A stretch of 64,000 bases of DNA from the sequence record OM634661.1. One strand, 5' to 3'. Positions 1-9,645 of this stretch are shown piece after piece. A program made the translations under genes and the position numbers. Under the pieces are notes generated by a model that did no database searches, was not told where the DNA came from, and worked only from the letters and a program-made list of their open reading frames with translations. Position 1 is the first letter of the stretch. The number at the start of each line of letters is the position of its first letter.

Positions 1-97
1 ATACCCATTTCGATCATCCTTTTTAGTTTGTAAAATAAAACAAGAAAAGCCCAATGCAATAAGCAAAGGGCTAATTTTAATTATTATTAATAAGAGA

Positions 98-397
98 TTA
101 ATTTTCAGAATCATTTTCAGATAGAGACTTTTTTGTATCTTGGAAATTAGAAATCTCCTCTAATATATCTATTTTACCATCTGCATATTCGTAGGACATT
201 TCATGTTCATTAAGTTGATCGTCTTTAAATGATATTAAAAAACCATATGGATCTTTTTTAATTACAGCATCATATACTTTATTTTTTGTTAAGAAAGTTT
301 TTTTTGTTTTTTTACCTTGCCAATTAGTTTTATAATTAGAAACATTTGCAATAAATTTGAACTTTTGACCTTCTTTAAAATCTTCAAAGTATAGCAT
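98..397 (-). CDS. Hypothetical protein, 99 aa
   Basis: ORF with upstream RBS (AGTAGGAGA) in a co-directional gene run. Confidence 0.6.
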   Translation of the reverse strand: MLYFEDFKEGQKFKFIANVSNYKTNWQGKKTKKTFLTKNKVYDAVIKKDPYGFLISFKDDQLNEHEMSYEYADGKIDILEEISNFQDTKKSLSENDSEN

Positions 398-425
398 ATG
401 TTTAATCTCCTACTCTCACTTGAAT

Positions 426-824
426 TTATTCATAAGTTACATCTTTAATATGATCTTTTTGCATAAGAATAACTCCAAGGTCAATGTCCTCATTCCAAAT
501 ATCTAATGCTCTTTCAATGATTTCATCCTCTGTAGAATGAAGCATTTCCTCATCTTCAAGATTAACCTGAACTGATCTTTCAAAAACAACAGTAGCTGAT
601 TTTGCATCATTTTGTCTTAAAGATGGTTCTACTTGTTTTAGTTTTTTGTTAGAACATTCTATATTAATAGCAAGTGGATTGTTCTCATTTTGAATATCAT
701 CACTATCAAAAAGTGATAAAAAGTGTTTATCAAGTGGAATATTATTATCACCATCCCATACAAACACTTCTTGATTTTCATCAAAATTTCGCAATGCACC
801 AATTAATTCTTTAACAGTTGCCAT
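426..824 (-). CDS. Hypothetical acidic protein, 132 aa
   Basis: ORF with AAAGGAGG RBS. Confidence 0.7.
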   Translation of the reverse strand: MATVKELIGALRNFDENQEVFVWDGDNNIPLDKHFLSLFDSDDIQNENNPLAINIECSNKKLKQVEPSLRQNDAKSATVVFERSVQVNLEDEEMLHSTEDEIIERALDIWNEDIDLGVILMQKDHIKDVTYE

Positions 825-849
825 AATAAATCCTCCTTTTCAGAATTAA

Positions 850-2598
850 TTAAATATAAATGTGTCCTTTCAAAGAAAGCTTGAATCTTTGTTCTTTTAA
901 TTTCTCTCTTACATTGGAAAGAGAATCATCAACCAAAAGCTTTCCATCTAAAAAGACAGGTCTTAAAAGTTCTTGATCAGATAATTCTTGTTTACCTTTT
1001 TGATCAAGATCATCAATACAAATCATATTGGCGTTTTTGTCTTCAATGACAGAAACCATTCCTCTATGACTTCTTTTTGTACCATCATCAGTTTTAGGAT
1101 CTTTGAATAGCTTCTTTTCTTGTCCATCAATGACAGCATATGTGGCTTTCATTGCAAATCCAAGAGTATCCCTTGTCTGATATTGGAAAGAAAAGGAACC
1201 CACGCCGAACACTACACTTGTAGAAACAAATCCTTTTTGTTTTAATCTAGCTAAAATATCAGCTGCTCGTTCAAGCGTAATACTATCTCCGTAAATTGCA
1301 CCAATATGAGAATCGAGAACCTTATACCCTCTTTTATTAATCGTTCCACCAAAAATGTTCCATAATGATTCAATAAGACCTAAGTCTTTAGAAGAAGGAC
1401 TAAATTCTACGGTTGAAATATGATCAATTTCATCAATAAAATAGAATTTCTTTTGGGTGCGATTGTAACCAACTTCAAATATAGCTTTATAATATGTTTG
1501 ATCTACTTTGAAAGGCATTGAATAAACATCTTCTCCAGTAGAATGTTCTCCAGTTTTTTCAGAAGCTAGTGTATTAACATCTTCTTTAAGATCTTGTATA
1601 GCTTCTTCAATAGAATCATAAGATGGTATATAAATTCCGCATAAAATGTCAGCAGGATCTCCAGAATCTGGTCTAATGACAATTTTACCATCTCTATTCA
1701 TAATATCATCTTTAAGAGCAGGTAGAATTTCATCTACTACTTTCCAAAAATCATAAGTATCTGAAACAATAGACGCAAGTCCAGATGGATAAACTTCTGT
1801 AATTAATCGTTTGAAAGCTGCAAGTTCATCTCTACTTTCAGGATCAGTATTTGCACTCATAACAGAATGTTCTGTGGCTGGAATAGAAGCACCAATTAGT
1901 TCTTTCTTATAATCAGCATTGTAATATTTCTGATGAAAGAAAATAGCTGGAATGGTGTCTGTTCCAGTAAATGAAAGCAAGTGTGCAGCTCCAGATACTT
2001 CAGATGAACTAAAAGATGACATTCCTCTCATAGAAAAATCATGAGCTTGAAAGTCCAATTCAGCTAAATCAGCACCTGTTCTATGTGCAAAATCTTCTAA
2101 TAAATCACGATACATATTAGAAATTGTAGCACTTGTCATAGGAAGCCAAATTTCATTACTCATAATTGTTTCTAAGTAATTCGTAATCCAAAAGAAATCA
2201 TCAACTGTGTTTTCAACTGTAAGGACAGGTACTTTAATAGGTGCAAGAGTTCCTTCTTTTAAAGCAGAAATCTTAATAGGCAAATATCCAAGATCATGAA
2301 GCGCTGCAATATGTTCAGAATCAACATGTTGATCTCCTAATGTATGTCGAATGAAATCTTCATACTCTTGTGCAACTTCTTCTTTTGAACGAGAGAAGAA
2401 TTCTTTATTGAAATAATCTAACAAAATATTTTTAATAAAATATTGGATGCCAAAAACAACAACATGATTAGCTTGAGGAAAATACTTATTGGTTCTTGGA
2501 ACAAAAGTAGAATAAATCCTCTGTGTTTTTTCAGGATACTGGTTTTTATGACTTACTTTATAAAAATCACATAAAAGTGTTGCAGGTGTATTATTCAT
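850..2598 (-). CDS. Nicotinamide phosphoribosyltransferase (Nampt/NadV) family protein, probably the Namat of a NARP1-type NAD+ reconstitution pathway
   Basis: Motifs LLCDFYKVSH, AHDFSMRG, SFTGTDT, IPATEHSVMS, SIVSDTYD, VIRPDSGDP, AIYGDSIT, RDTLGFAMKAT, KDPKTDDGTKRS. Confidence 0.93.
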   Translation of the reverse strand: MNNTPATLLCDFYKVSHKNQYPEKTQRIYSTFVPRTNKYFPQANHVVVFGIQYFIKNILLDYFNKEFFSRSKEEVAQEYEDFIRHTLGDQHVDSEHIAALHDLGYLPIKISALKEGTLAPIKVPVLTVENTVDDFFWITNYLETIMSNEIWLPMTSATISNMYRDLLEDFAHRTGADLAELDFQAHDFSMRGMSSFSSSEVSGAAHLLSFTGTDTIPAIFFHQKYYNADYKKELIGASIPATEHSVMSANTDPESRDELAAFKRLITEVYPSGLASIVSDTYDFWKVVDEILPALKDDIMNRDGKIVIRPDSGDPADILCGIYIPSYDSIEEAIQDLKEDVNTLASEKTGEHSTGEDVYSMPFKVDQTYYKAIFEVGYNRTQKKFYFIDEIDHISTVEFSPSSKDLGLIESLWNIFGGTINKRGYKVLDSHIGAIYGDSITLERAADILARLKQKGFVSTSVVFGVGSFSFQYQTRDTLGFAMKATYAVIDGQEKKLFKDPKTDDGTKRSHRGMVSVIEDKNANMICIDDLDQKGKQELSDQELLRPVFLDGKLLVDDSLSNVREKLKEQRFKLSLKGHIYI

Positions 2599-3515
2599 TT
2601 AATAATCTCCTTTTTTATTGATTGCATTTTCAATTCATTTAAAGCAATTAATGATAAAGCTTTTTGTTTTAATTCTTCATACTCCTTATGTCTTCGTAAG
2701 GATATATTAGGATTGGAAAAATGTTTTCGGATAGTATATTCAAGATCTTCTCTTAATAAAGTGGTGTGACCTTCCTCTAAATCAGGGAAATAATAGTTAG
2801 CAAAATTAGTTCTAACATAAATAATATCATTTCCTGAAAAGTAAGAAACAAAAGAATCAAATTTCTCAAATTTTAGTACACTAAAATCTTTTTCTGAATG
2901 AATTTCAGTACTTGAAAAATTAAAAGGACAATCTATTACTACATTTCCAGATATGATTGTATTATCAAAAAGATATGCATCACCAGAAACATGTACATCT
3001 CCACGTACAGTTGAATCATCAATTTCTGCGTTTCCAGAAATATATGCATTTTCATGCACAACAGATGATCCATAAACTTCTGCATACTTAGATACAATAG
3101 CATCTCCATAAACATGTGCATTGTGATAAATTTGAGCGTTTCCGTTTATCTTAGCATTTCCAGAAACACGAGCAAAATCAGAGATAACAGCACTTTCATA
3201 AACTTTAGAGTGACCGCAAACAATTGTGTTATCTGAAACAATAGAAGATCCGTAAATACAAGCATGTTCAAAAACTTGTGCTGAATCTTCTATTTGAGCA
3301 TCTTCAGAAACTCTAGCTTGATCATAAACACAAGCTGAATAATAAATCCAGCAATCTCCATCTTGAGAAAGATTGTATTCTGAATGGACAAGTCCTCCTC
3401 GTTCACCTTTTACAACTCCTATAGATGGAATATCTTTAAGAGCTACAATACGAAAAAGCTTAATTTTTCTTCGAGTCATACCCGTTTCTATTAATCTATA
3501 CTTCAAGTATTTCAC
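2595..3515 (-). CDS. Left-handed beta-helix (hexapeptide-repeat) phage protein, paralog 1
   Basis: N-terminal RIVALKD..KGERGG...NLSQDGDCWIY, then A.V..A.V hexapeptide repeats. Confidence 0.85.
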   Translation of the reverse strand: MKYLKYRLIETGMTRRKIKLFRIVALKDIPSIGVVKGERGGLVHSEYNLSQDGDCWIYYSACVYDQARVSEDAQIEDSAQVFEHACIYGSSIVSDNTIVCGHSKVYESAVISDFARVSGNAKINGNAQIYHNAHVYGDAIVSKYAEVYGSSVVHENAYISGNAEIDDSTVRGDVHVSGDAYLFDNTIISGNVVIDCPFNFSSTEIHSEKDFSVLKFEKFDSFVSYFSGNDIIYVRTNFANYYFPDLEEGHTTLLREDLEYTIRKHFSNPNISLRRHKEYEELKQKALSLIALNELKMQSIKKEIIK

Positions 3516-3532
3516 CGCCTTTGCATTTAGAA

Positions 3533-4306
3533 TTAAAAGCTATTCATTACTCGAATAACATCAATTGAATAATTAACACCTTGAGAAGCAAATTTAAATT
3601 CATTCAATTTAAGCTTATGTGACAATTCATCAAAAATAGGATCTCCAATGGGTATATGAGATTGTAAATATATTATGAAATCATGGGTATTTTGTTTGGA
3701 ATACTTGTGTTCAAAAACGATTTCATTATTTACAATATGAGAAATGTAATAATAATCTCCAAAGAGATGATTGATAGTAAAAAGAGTATAATCATTTAAC
3801 GTTGCAAAAGACTTTGATCCTTGCAATCTTAAATTTTTAAAATTATCATTTGCAGATACCGAGACATGATCTTGAACAATAGTAGTTCCACTTAAAGAAG
3901 TATTTCCATGAACTGTTGCATAACCCATTACTCGAACTAAATCATTAACTTTAGCATGACCATAAATCTGTGCATTACCTTCAATACATGCATCATTTTT
4001 AATCATTGCGTTTCCATAAACTTTTGCGTTTTGACAAATATGTGAAGATTGAGTAATAACTGCATTTCCATAAACTTTTGCATTGTCGCATATAATAGAT
4101 CTATCAAAAACTTTTGCATTACCTTTTACGATAGCGTTATCAAGTACAGTAGCTGTGTCATAGATCCAACAATCTCCTTCATGGGAAAGGTTCTCTTCTG
4201 ATTGAACAAATCCACCTAAATCACCTTTTTTGACATCTCCAAAATCCTTTAATGCTTTAATTCTATATGCAGATGCCCTATTAACATCAAGTAGAGTGTA
4301 CTTCAA
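3533..4306 (-). CDS. Left-handed beta-helix phage protein, paralog 2
   Basis: RIKALKDFGDVKKGDLGGFVQSEENLSHEGDCWIY plus NAKVYG repeats. Confidence 0.85.
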   Translation of the reverse strand: MKYTLLDVNRASAYRIKALKDFGDVKKGDLGGFVQSEENLSHEGDCWIYDTATVLDNAIVKGNAKVFDRSIICDNAKVYGNAVITQSSHICQNAKVYGNAMIKNDACIEGNAQIYGHAKVNDLVRVMGYATVHGNTSLSGTTIVQDHVSVSANDNFKNLRLQGSKSFATLNDYTLFTINHLFGDYYYISHIVNNEIVFEHKYSKQNTHDFIIYLQSHIPIGDPIFDELSHKLKLNEFKFASQGVNYSIDVIRVMNSF

Positions 4307-4321
4307 TGTATTTCACCGCCT

Positions 4322-5143
4322 TTAAAAAACATTCATGACAGTAATTCGATCCTTATATTTTTGATTGTGCCAATCATTTTGATTAGAAAGCAGAGAGTCT
4401 GTTGTATACAAATGATCAATGTGATCAAACAATTCACCTTTAAAAACATTATCTTCAGCATGACAAACAAGAAGGTAGATTTTTTGAAAACCCATTTCTC
4501 TAAGCTTTTTAGATGTATGAACAAAAGTTCCTCCATAGCTTGATAAATCATCAACAATAATAGCTGTTTGAGGATCTTGTTTTAAATCACCTATGATTTG
4601 AAGATTGTGGATTTGTCCAGTTTGAAAATCTCTTTCTTTATGACCAATTAAAATGTTTGGATATTTCATTTTAGAATATCTTTTTGCTGCACCACTGTCA
4701 GGAAATACAATATAATCTTTTTCAGGATTAATAACTGAATCATTTACTAAAGCAGATAAATAATCAAAGTTTGCGTAAAAAGATTTAGAACGGTTAAGTA
4801 AAGCAGGGGTGACATCAGAATGAGGTTCAATGATTTTGACTGCATCAAATTCTAAGGAATTGATTAATTCAGAAACATATTTCAAGGTAAAGGGACTGTC
4901 ATTTTCAGATCTGTCCATTCTACTATATGGCATATAAGTAATAGTGAGATAACTAGGTTTTCGTGAAATTTGATCTAAATATTTTTTAACAAAATAAAGT
5001 TCCAAAAGTGATTCATCACCAGTGTATTTATAAGAAATTTCGTTAACATCTTCAGTGAGGAGATCTTTAATGATTTCATCCAACTTCAATTCTCCATTTG
5101 GAAATTGATTGTTTTCAAGTGCTACACCATTTAATTTAATCAT
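4322..5143 (-). CDS. Ribose-phosphate pyrophosphokinase (PRS) family protein, probably the Adps of NARP1
   Basis: FPNGE, YMPYSRMDR, IVFPDSGAAKRY, PRPP-binding IIVDDLSSYGGTF. Confidence 0.92.
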   Translation of the reverse strand: MIKLNGVALENNQFPNGELKLDEIIKDLLTEDVNEISYKYTGDESLLELYFVKKYLDQISRKPSYLTITYMPYSRMDRSENDSPFTLKYVSELINSLEFDAVKIIEPHSDVTPALLNRSKSFYANFDYLSALVNDSVINPEKDYIVFPDSGAAKRYSKMKYPNILIGHKERDFQTGQIHNLQIIGDLKQDPQTAIIVDDLSSYGGTFVHTSKKLREMGFQKIYLLVCHAEDNVFKGELFDHIDHLYTTDSLLSNQNDWHNQKYKDRITVMNVF

Positions 5144-5157
5144 AAAATATCATTCCC

Positions 5158-5724
5158 TTATCTTTTTTGTTTTAAATAGTTTTCTTCAATCATAGGTAAT
5201 CGTTTCATCATTTCTTCATATAATTCTTCAATAGTAATAAGTTCACCAAATGCCTTATGTTTAAAGTGAGGACTATCAACACCTACATTGATTTGATTAT
5301 CCCAAGAAGATTCATTACTATGAATATGACCATGAATAGACCATTTTCTAGGCCTCAATCCAATATCCATTGGGTAATGTGCAAGCCACATTTGATGCTT
5401 CTCATATTTCATTGTGATTCCAACTTCATAATAAGCATGAAGCAAACCCATTTCATTGATTTTTTTATAATAATTAGAATGGTCGTGATTTCCTTGAATT
5501 AAAATAATATTCCCATTTAATCTTTCTAATACATTAATCGTATTTTCTAAATTGGATAAACAAAGATCTCCTAAATGATAAACTGTATCATAATTTTTGA
5601 CTTGTTTATTCCAATTATTAATCATCTTATTAGTCATTTCTTCAACTGAATCATAAGGACGATTTTCAAAATTTAAAATATTTTTATGAAAATAATGAGT
5701 GTCAGCTGTAAAATATACCGTCAT
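5158..5724 (-). CDS. Calcineurin-like metallophosphoesterase (phage type)
   Basis: FTADTHYFH, YHLGD, IQGNHD, HYP, HGHIH. Confidence 0.9.
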   Translation of the reverse strand: MTVYFTADTHYFHKNILNFENRPYDSVEEMTNKMINNWNKQVKNYDTVYHLGDLCLSNLENTINVLERLNGNIILIQGNHDHSNYYKKINEMGLLHAYYEVGITMKYEKHQMWLAHYPMDIGLRPRKWSIHGHIHSNESSWDNQINVGVDSPHFKHKAFGELITIEELYEEMMKRLPMIEENYLKQKR

Positions 5725-5739
5725 TTTAAAGACTCCTTT

Positions 5740-6021
5740 TTAAAGTAAAATTTTAAACTTATCAACAAGAAAATCTTTAAAGTCTTCTTCTGAGTTGACA
5801 TCATCAGGAACTTTATCTGGGACAGTGACTCTCATTTGATAACTGTTAGACATAAGATAGTAAGAATCATAATCTAAAATTTCTTCTTTTTCAGTAAAAG
5901 ATTCTTGATATCCTTCTCGAAGATTAAAAAACATATCTCCTTTGTAATTAATAACAACAACATATTCATCATTGAATTCTTTTAAAGTGATAGGATCTCT
6001 GCCTAATTTAAAATTGGTCAT
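5740..6021 (-). CDS. Hypothetical protein, 93 aa
   Basis: ORF with GGAGG RBS. Confidence 0.65.
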   Translation of the reverse strand: MTNFKLGRDPITLKEFNDEYVVVINYKGDMFFNLREGYQESFTEKEEILDYDSYYLMSNSYQMRVTVPDKVPDDVNSEEDFKDFLVDKFKILL

Positions 6022-6044
6022 TTAAAATACCTCCATAATATATA

Positions 6045-6827
6045 TTAATAATCTAATGATTCTTCAATGATTTCAATTAATAAATTATTGATATCATTAA
6101 AAGAAGGTTCATTGGGAATAGTAGATGAAAGAGCAGCATTTTTTAAATCTTGTTCATAAGAAACTATCATTTCCAATGCTTGATCAAAAGTGAATTTCCC
6201 AGATCTACAATCAAGTAAGAGCTGTCTATTTGGTCTGTAAGTAGAATAATCACAAGTTTCAAGTATCTCAATAGCACTTGTTAATAATCTTATACAATGC
6301 ATAAAAAATTTAGTATCATATCCATACATTTCAATAAGGTCTTTTCTAGCTGAACCATTAGAAGATTTTTCTTTAAGCTTTTTCATTTGTGAATGAGCAT
6401 AGCCAGCAAATTTATTCACAATGTTTTTAGAAAAAAAGAGATTTTTGTTGTCAATTAATTTTTGACCAACACTTGTGATTTTAAGATAATCTTTATTTCT
6501 AAGACAAAGTAATTCAATATTGTTAGGAACACCTTTCATTGCATCACGTACAAATTTTGTAATGTGAATAATATTGATATCCAAATCATCTTTAGTGTTT
6601 TTAAAATTTTTCCCACCAGTATTGTTGTATTCATTAAAAGAATTAAGACCTACAAAATAATCTTTAGGAGGGACGCAAATGCCTTTAAAATCCTTATCTG
6701 ATTCAGGAGTATTTGTTCCATATGCATGGCTACCTGTAAGACCTAAAATGATAGTCCTATCTTCAAGCCAATTAAATTGAGATTCAATAATAAGTTTATC
6801 CATTTTAATCAACTCCTTAGATATCAA
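6045..6827 (-). CDS. Pol-beta superfamily nucleotidyltransferase (RlaP/YcgL-like)
   Basis: GSHAYGTNTPESDKDFKGI, PNNIELL, YDTKFFMHCIRLL. Confidence 0.85.
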   Translation of the reverse strand: MISKELIKMDKLIIESQFNWLEDRTIILGLTGSHAYGTNTPESDKDFKGICVPPKDYFVGLNSFNEYNNTGGKNFKNTKDDLDINIIHITKFVRDAMKGVPNNIELLCLRNKDYLKITSVGQKLIDNKNLFFSKNIVNKFAGYAHSQMKKLKEKSSNGSARKDLIEMYGYDTKFFMHCIRLLTSAIEILETCDYSTYRPNRQLLLDCRSGKFTFDQALEMIVSYEQDLKNAALSSTIPNEPSFNDINNLLIEIIEESLDY

Positions 6828-7666
6828 AGTTTTAATATCTTGATAGATTTTTTGATTTCTTCTGAAACGTTATCTGTAGACCACTCACCTTTATATCCAA
6901 GAGGAGAACAAATACATTCAATGCCAGAAATGTTTGAATGATACTTCTTATGTGTATGTCCAAACTGAGCAATTCTGACTTTATATTTTTCAGCTAACAA
7001 TCCAATTTGCTGATTACCTATAAAGGCATTGAAATAATCCCAAGAAGGATCATTTTTACGTTCAACAAATTCAATAAAAGGAACAATATGTGTAACTAAA
7101 ACAATTTGATTGGTTAAATGTTGTGGGACTTTTTTAATACTTTCTTCTAATTTAGAAGTAAAAAATGAAGCAACATGTTCATTTGAAGATTTGCCGAAAT
7201 TCACATAATCTTTGTCTGACCAAACAGATCCTGCATAAGTCATTTTCTCTAATTCTTTTTTAGAGAAAGAAGGGTGAGCGGTGCTATAGTTGTACCATCC
7301 CATTTCTCCTATGAAATAATATCCTTTATAAGAAAAGAATGAATGTTTAATATCATATTGATCACAAAGTGCTTCAAATTCATTCAGAGCACCATAAGGT
7401 TCATTTCTATATTGCCTATCCCACATTTCATGATTGCCTGGAACAGCAAAGACTTCAAGACAATTTCCTGTTTGGATTTCATATTGTTTTTTAATTGAGT
7501 TCAGTTTTTTAAAAGTTGTTTTTAAAGAGCTAGACATGTCTCCAGCATAAGAGAGAATATCAACTTTATTTTCAATTAAAAAAGACACCGTTTCATCAAT
7601 AATGCGTTCTGCAATAGATTGACGAAAAGTGTCTATATGATAATCAGAAGTAAATGCTACCTTCAT
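6824..7666 (-). CDS. Metallophosphoesterase
   Basis: TSDYHID, AGD, VPGNHE, THIVP, FGHTH. Confidence 0.85.
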   Translation of the reverse strand: MKVAFTSDYHIDTFRQSIAERIIDETVSFLIENKVDILSYAGDMSSSLKTTFKKLNSIKKQYEIQTGNCLEVFAVPGNHEMWDRQYRNEPYGALNEFEALCDQYDIKHSFFSYKGYYFIGEMGWYNYSTAHPSFSKKELEKMTYAGSVWSDKDYVNFGKSSNEHVASFFTSKLEESIKKVPQHLTNQIVLVTHIVPFIEFVERKNDPSWDYFNAFIGNQQIGLLAEKYKVRIAQFGHTHKKYHSNISGIECICSPLGYKGEWSTDNVSEEIKKSIKILKL

Positions 7667-7671
7667 TCAAA

Positions 7672-7926
7672 TCACCTTTCTTTATCCTTATTCTTTAAAA
7701 TGGTTTTTTCAATTCTAGAAACAGCAACATCAATTGTGTGTTTTAAGAATTCACATGTTCTAAATTCAATTTTGTTATGAAAATCATTTAATCCTATAGT
7801 AGATATAGTATCATATAGAAAACCAAAAAAGAAGTTTGGACTTAAATCAAAATAATTCGATGGAATTTCAATGAATATTTTATCATAAGATGAAGCATGT
7901 CTTTTAAGAGATATAGACTTGCTCAC
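7672..7926 (-). CDS. Hypothetical protein, 84 aa
   Basis: ORF with GTG start, co-directional. Confidence 0.5.
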   Translation of the reverse strand: MSKSISLKRHASSYDKIFIEIPSNYFDLSPNFFFGFLYDTISTIGLNDFHNKIEFRTCEFLKHTIDVAVSRIEKTILKNKDKER

Positions 7927-7928
7927 AT

Positions 7929-7997
7929 TTAGGCCATGATACTTTTCTTTAATAAAAAAGATGGAATATTGATATGAATATTAAAATGAGATGACAT
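7929..7997 (-). CDS. Possible small ORF, 22 aa (MSSHFNIHINIPSFLLKKSIMA)
   Basis: AAGGAG RBS upstream; stop lies just before the next start; hand-translated. Confidence 0.35.
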   Translation of the reverse strand: MSSHFNIHINIPSFLLKKSIMA

Positions 7998-8070
7998 TTT
8001 AATGCTCCTTTGGAATGTATTCTTAGCAGACTCCCCCCTGGGATATCCCACTTATTATAAAAAAAGAGAA

Positions 8071-8352
8071 TTAAATTAAATCTTCTCTTTGTAAAAATAT
8101 TTGATTTAATTTTTGTTTTAGATGATTGAAAGTTTCAAATTTAATATAAAGATTATCTTCATCAAAATCAATATCTTGAATAACGATAATATACTTTCCA
8201 GAGTCACCTCGGTATATGAGCATATTTTGTCCAAATCCAATATGATCATTTAATCTGACAAATTGCTTTTTATCATCATAATCAAAGACAGAATCATTAT
8301 AATAATTTTTCACTAATTGAACAATCTCATCATGTTCTTGTTTTGTCAACAT
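8071..8352 (-). CDS. Hypothetical protein, 93 aa
   Basis: ORF with AAAGGAG RBS. Confidence 0.65.
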   Translation of the reverse strand: MLTKQEHDEIVQLVKNYYNDSVFDYDDKKQFVRLNDHIGFGQNMLIYRGDSGKYIIVIQDIDFDEDNLYIKFETFNHLKQKLNQIFLQREDLI

Positions 8353-8374
8353 AAAATCAACTCCTTTATAAATA

Positions 8375-8411
8375 AAAGATCGCCCTCGGCTTGGAAACTA
8401 AGGCGATCTTT
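8375..8411 (-). terminator. Terminator-like hairpin downstream of the MPRIVVK mini-gene
   Basis: 10-bp inverted repeat AAAGATCGCC/GGCGATCTTT, followed by a T-rich run on the minus strand. Confidence 0.55.
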
Positions 8412-8477
8412 CTCGTTTAATTTGTTATATCTAGGTGTTTTTAGGATAACTAATTCCTATATTCATGATGATATTAA

Positions 8478-8501
8478 TTATTTAACAACGATGCGTGGCA
8501 T
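8478..8501 (-). CDS. Mini-gene encoding the heptapeptide MPRIVVK, identical to the tail of the poly-Ubl protein
   Basis: Minus strand reads AAGGAGGTG-ACTATTC-ATG CCA CGC ATC GTT GTT AAA TAA; 22/24 nt identical to 20259-20282. Confidence 0.7.
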   Translation of the reverse strand: MPRIVVK

Positions 8502-8546
8502 GAATAGTCACCTCCTTAAAAGGATGTTAGATATATATATAGTATA

Positions 8547-8978
8547 TTAGATCTCTTGTACTACTTCTGTTTCTTCAGGTAGAACTGAAATCTTATATGC
8601 TCCTAATCGAATATCACTTTTATGTGGATGAGAATCAACAATTGTTGTTTTTCTTGTTTTAGGCTGCTTTGTTTCAAAAGACATATCAAGTTCATGAAGT
8701 CTTCCAGTTGCAACGATAAATGATCCAACTTGAATCGGGTTCTTTTGACTAACTTCATCAAATAAATCTTTTGGTAAAAATACAGTGAACTCTCCGAGTC
8801 CATCATCAACTGTTAAATAAACAGCTGCTGGGTCATCTTCTGTATTAGGCATAAAAGAAGATGTATCTAAAATAGATAAAACTTTTCCACCTAACTTCAT
8901 GCTCTGCCCAGAATTATAATTTCCTTTAATTGCAGCAGTGAAAGTAGTGACATGAGGCTTAATAATTTTAAAGATCAT
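8547..8978 (-). CDS. OB-fold nucleic-acid-binding protein (resembles the DnaE/anticodon-type OB domain)
   Basis: VYLTVDDGLGEFTVFLP...VGSFIVATGRL pattern. Confidence 0.6.
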   Translation of the reverse strand: MIFKIIKPHVTTFTAAIKGNYNSGQSMKLGGKVLSILDTSSFMPNTEDDPAAVYLTVDDGLGEFTVFLPKDLFDEVSQKNPIQVGSFIVATGRLHELDMSFETKQPKTRKTTIVDSHPHKSDIRLGAYKISVLPEETEVVQEI

Positions 8979-9044
8979 ATTTTAAACAACTCCTTTATCC
9001 TTTAATTCACTCTAAGCATTTTGAATATTAAAAATCAAGTCTTT

Positions 9045-9635
9045 TTAAGAGATATATTCAGAATATTTTCTTGTGACCAAATGTTGAAGAATTTGTATGA
9101 GTTCATGTGCTTTATTTACTAAGTAAACAATGTCCGTAGAACTCAGTTGATGAATGTTTACAATAAGTTCTGCAATAGATTTGTTAACATCATCAAAATG
9201 CAGATACCAAACAACCCTATAATCTTTTAATTTAAGAAAATCATGCATATAACTAATATAATCATCAAGTTGATCATCAATATTCTCTAGAGCTTTTTGC
9301 ATTTCACCAGATATAAAAAACATACCTAAAGCATATTGAAGACTATATGAGAATTCATCCTCAATCATGCTTTGTAATTCTTCAAACTCTTTAAATTGGT
9401 TTCCACATGAAGTCTTAATTTCTTTAGAAAGTTCTGAAAAGATTTGTATATAATATTGAAGAATAGAGTCTTTGATATCAGATCTTTTTTTATCAGAAAA
9501 GATATAGGCTGATATTAAAGACTCAAAAGGATTTTTCTGTTCGGATGTTAAAGTATCATGGGTAGCATGAGATTCAGGTTCAGAAAATAGCTTTTTAATA
9601 TGAAAATAAGCTTCTCTTTCATTTTGAGAACTCAA
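9045..9635 (-). CDS. Hypothetical helical protein, 196 aa
   Basis: ORF with GAGGTG RBS and TTG start. Confidence 0.65.
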   Translation of the reverse strand: MSSQNEREAYFHIKKLFSEPESHATHDTLTSEQKNPFESLISAYIFSDKKRSDIKDSILQYYIQIFSELSKEIKTSCGNQFKEFEELQSMIEDEFSYSLQYALGMFFISGEMQKALENIDDQLDDYISYMHDFLKLKDYRVVWYLHFDDVNKSIAELIVNIHQLSSTDIVYLVNKAHELIQILQHLVTRKYSEYIS

Positions 9636-9645
9636 TCATATCACC

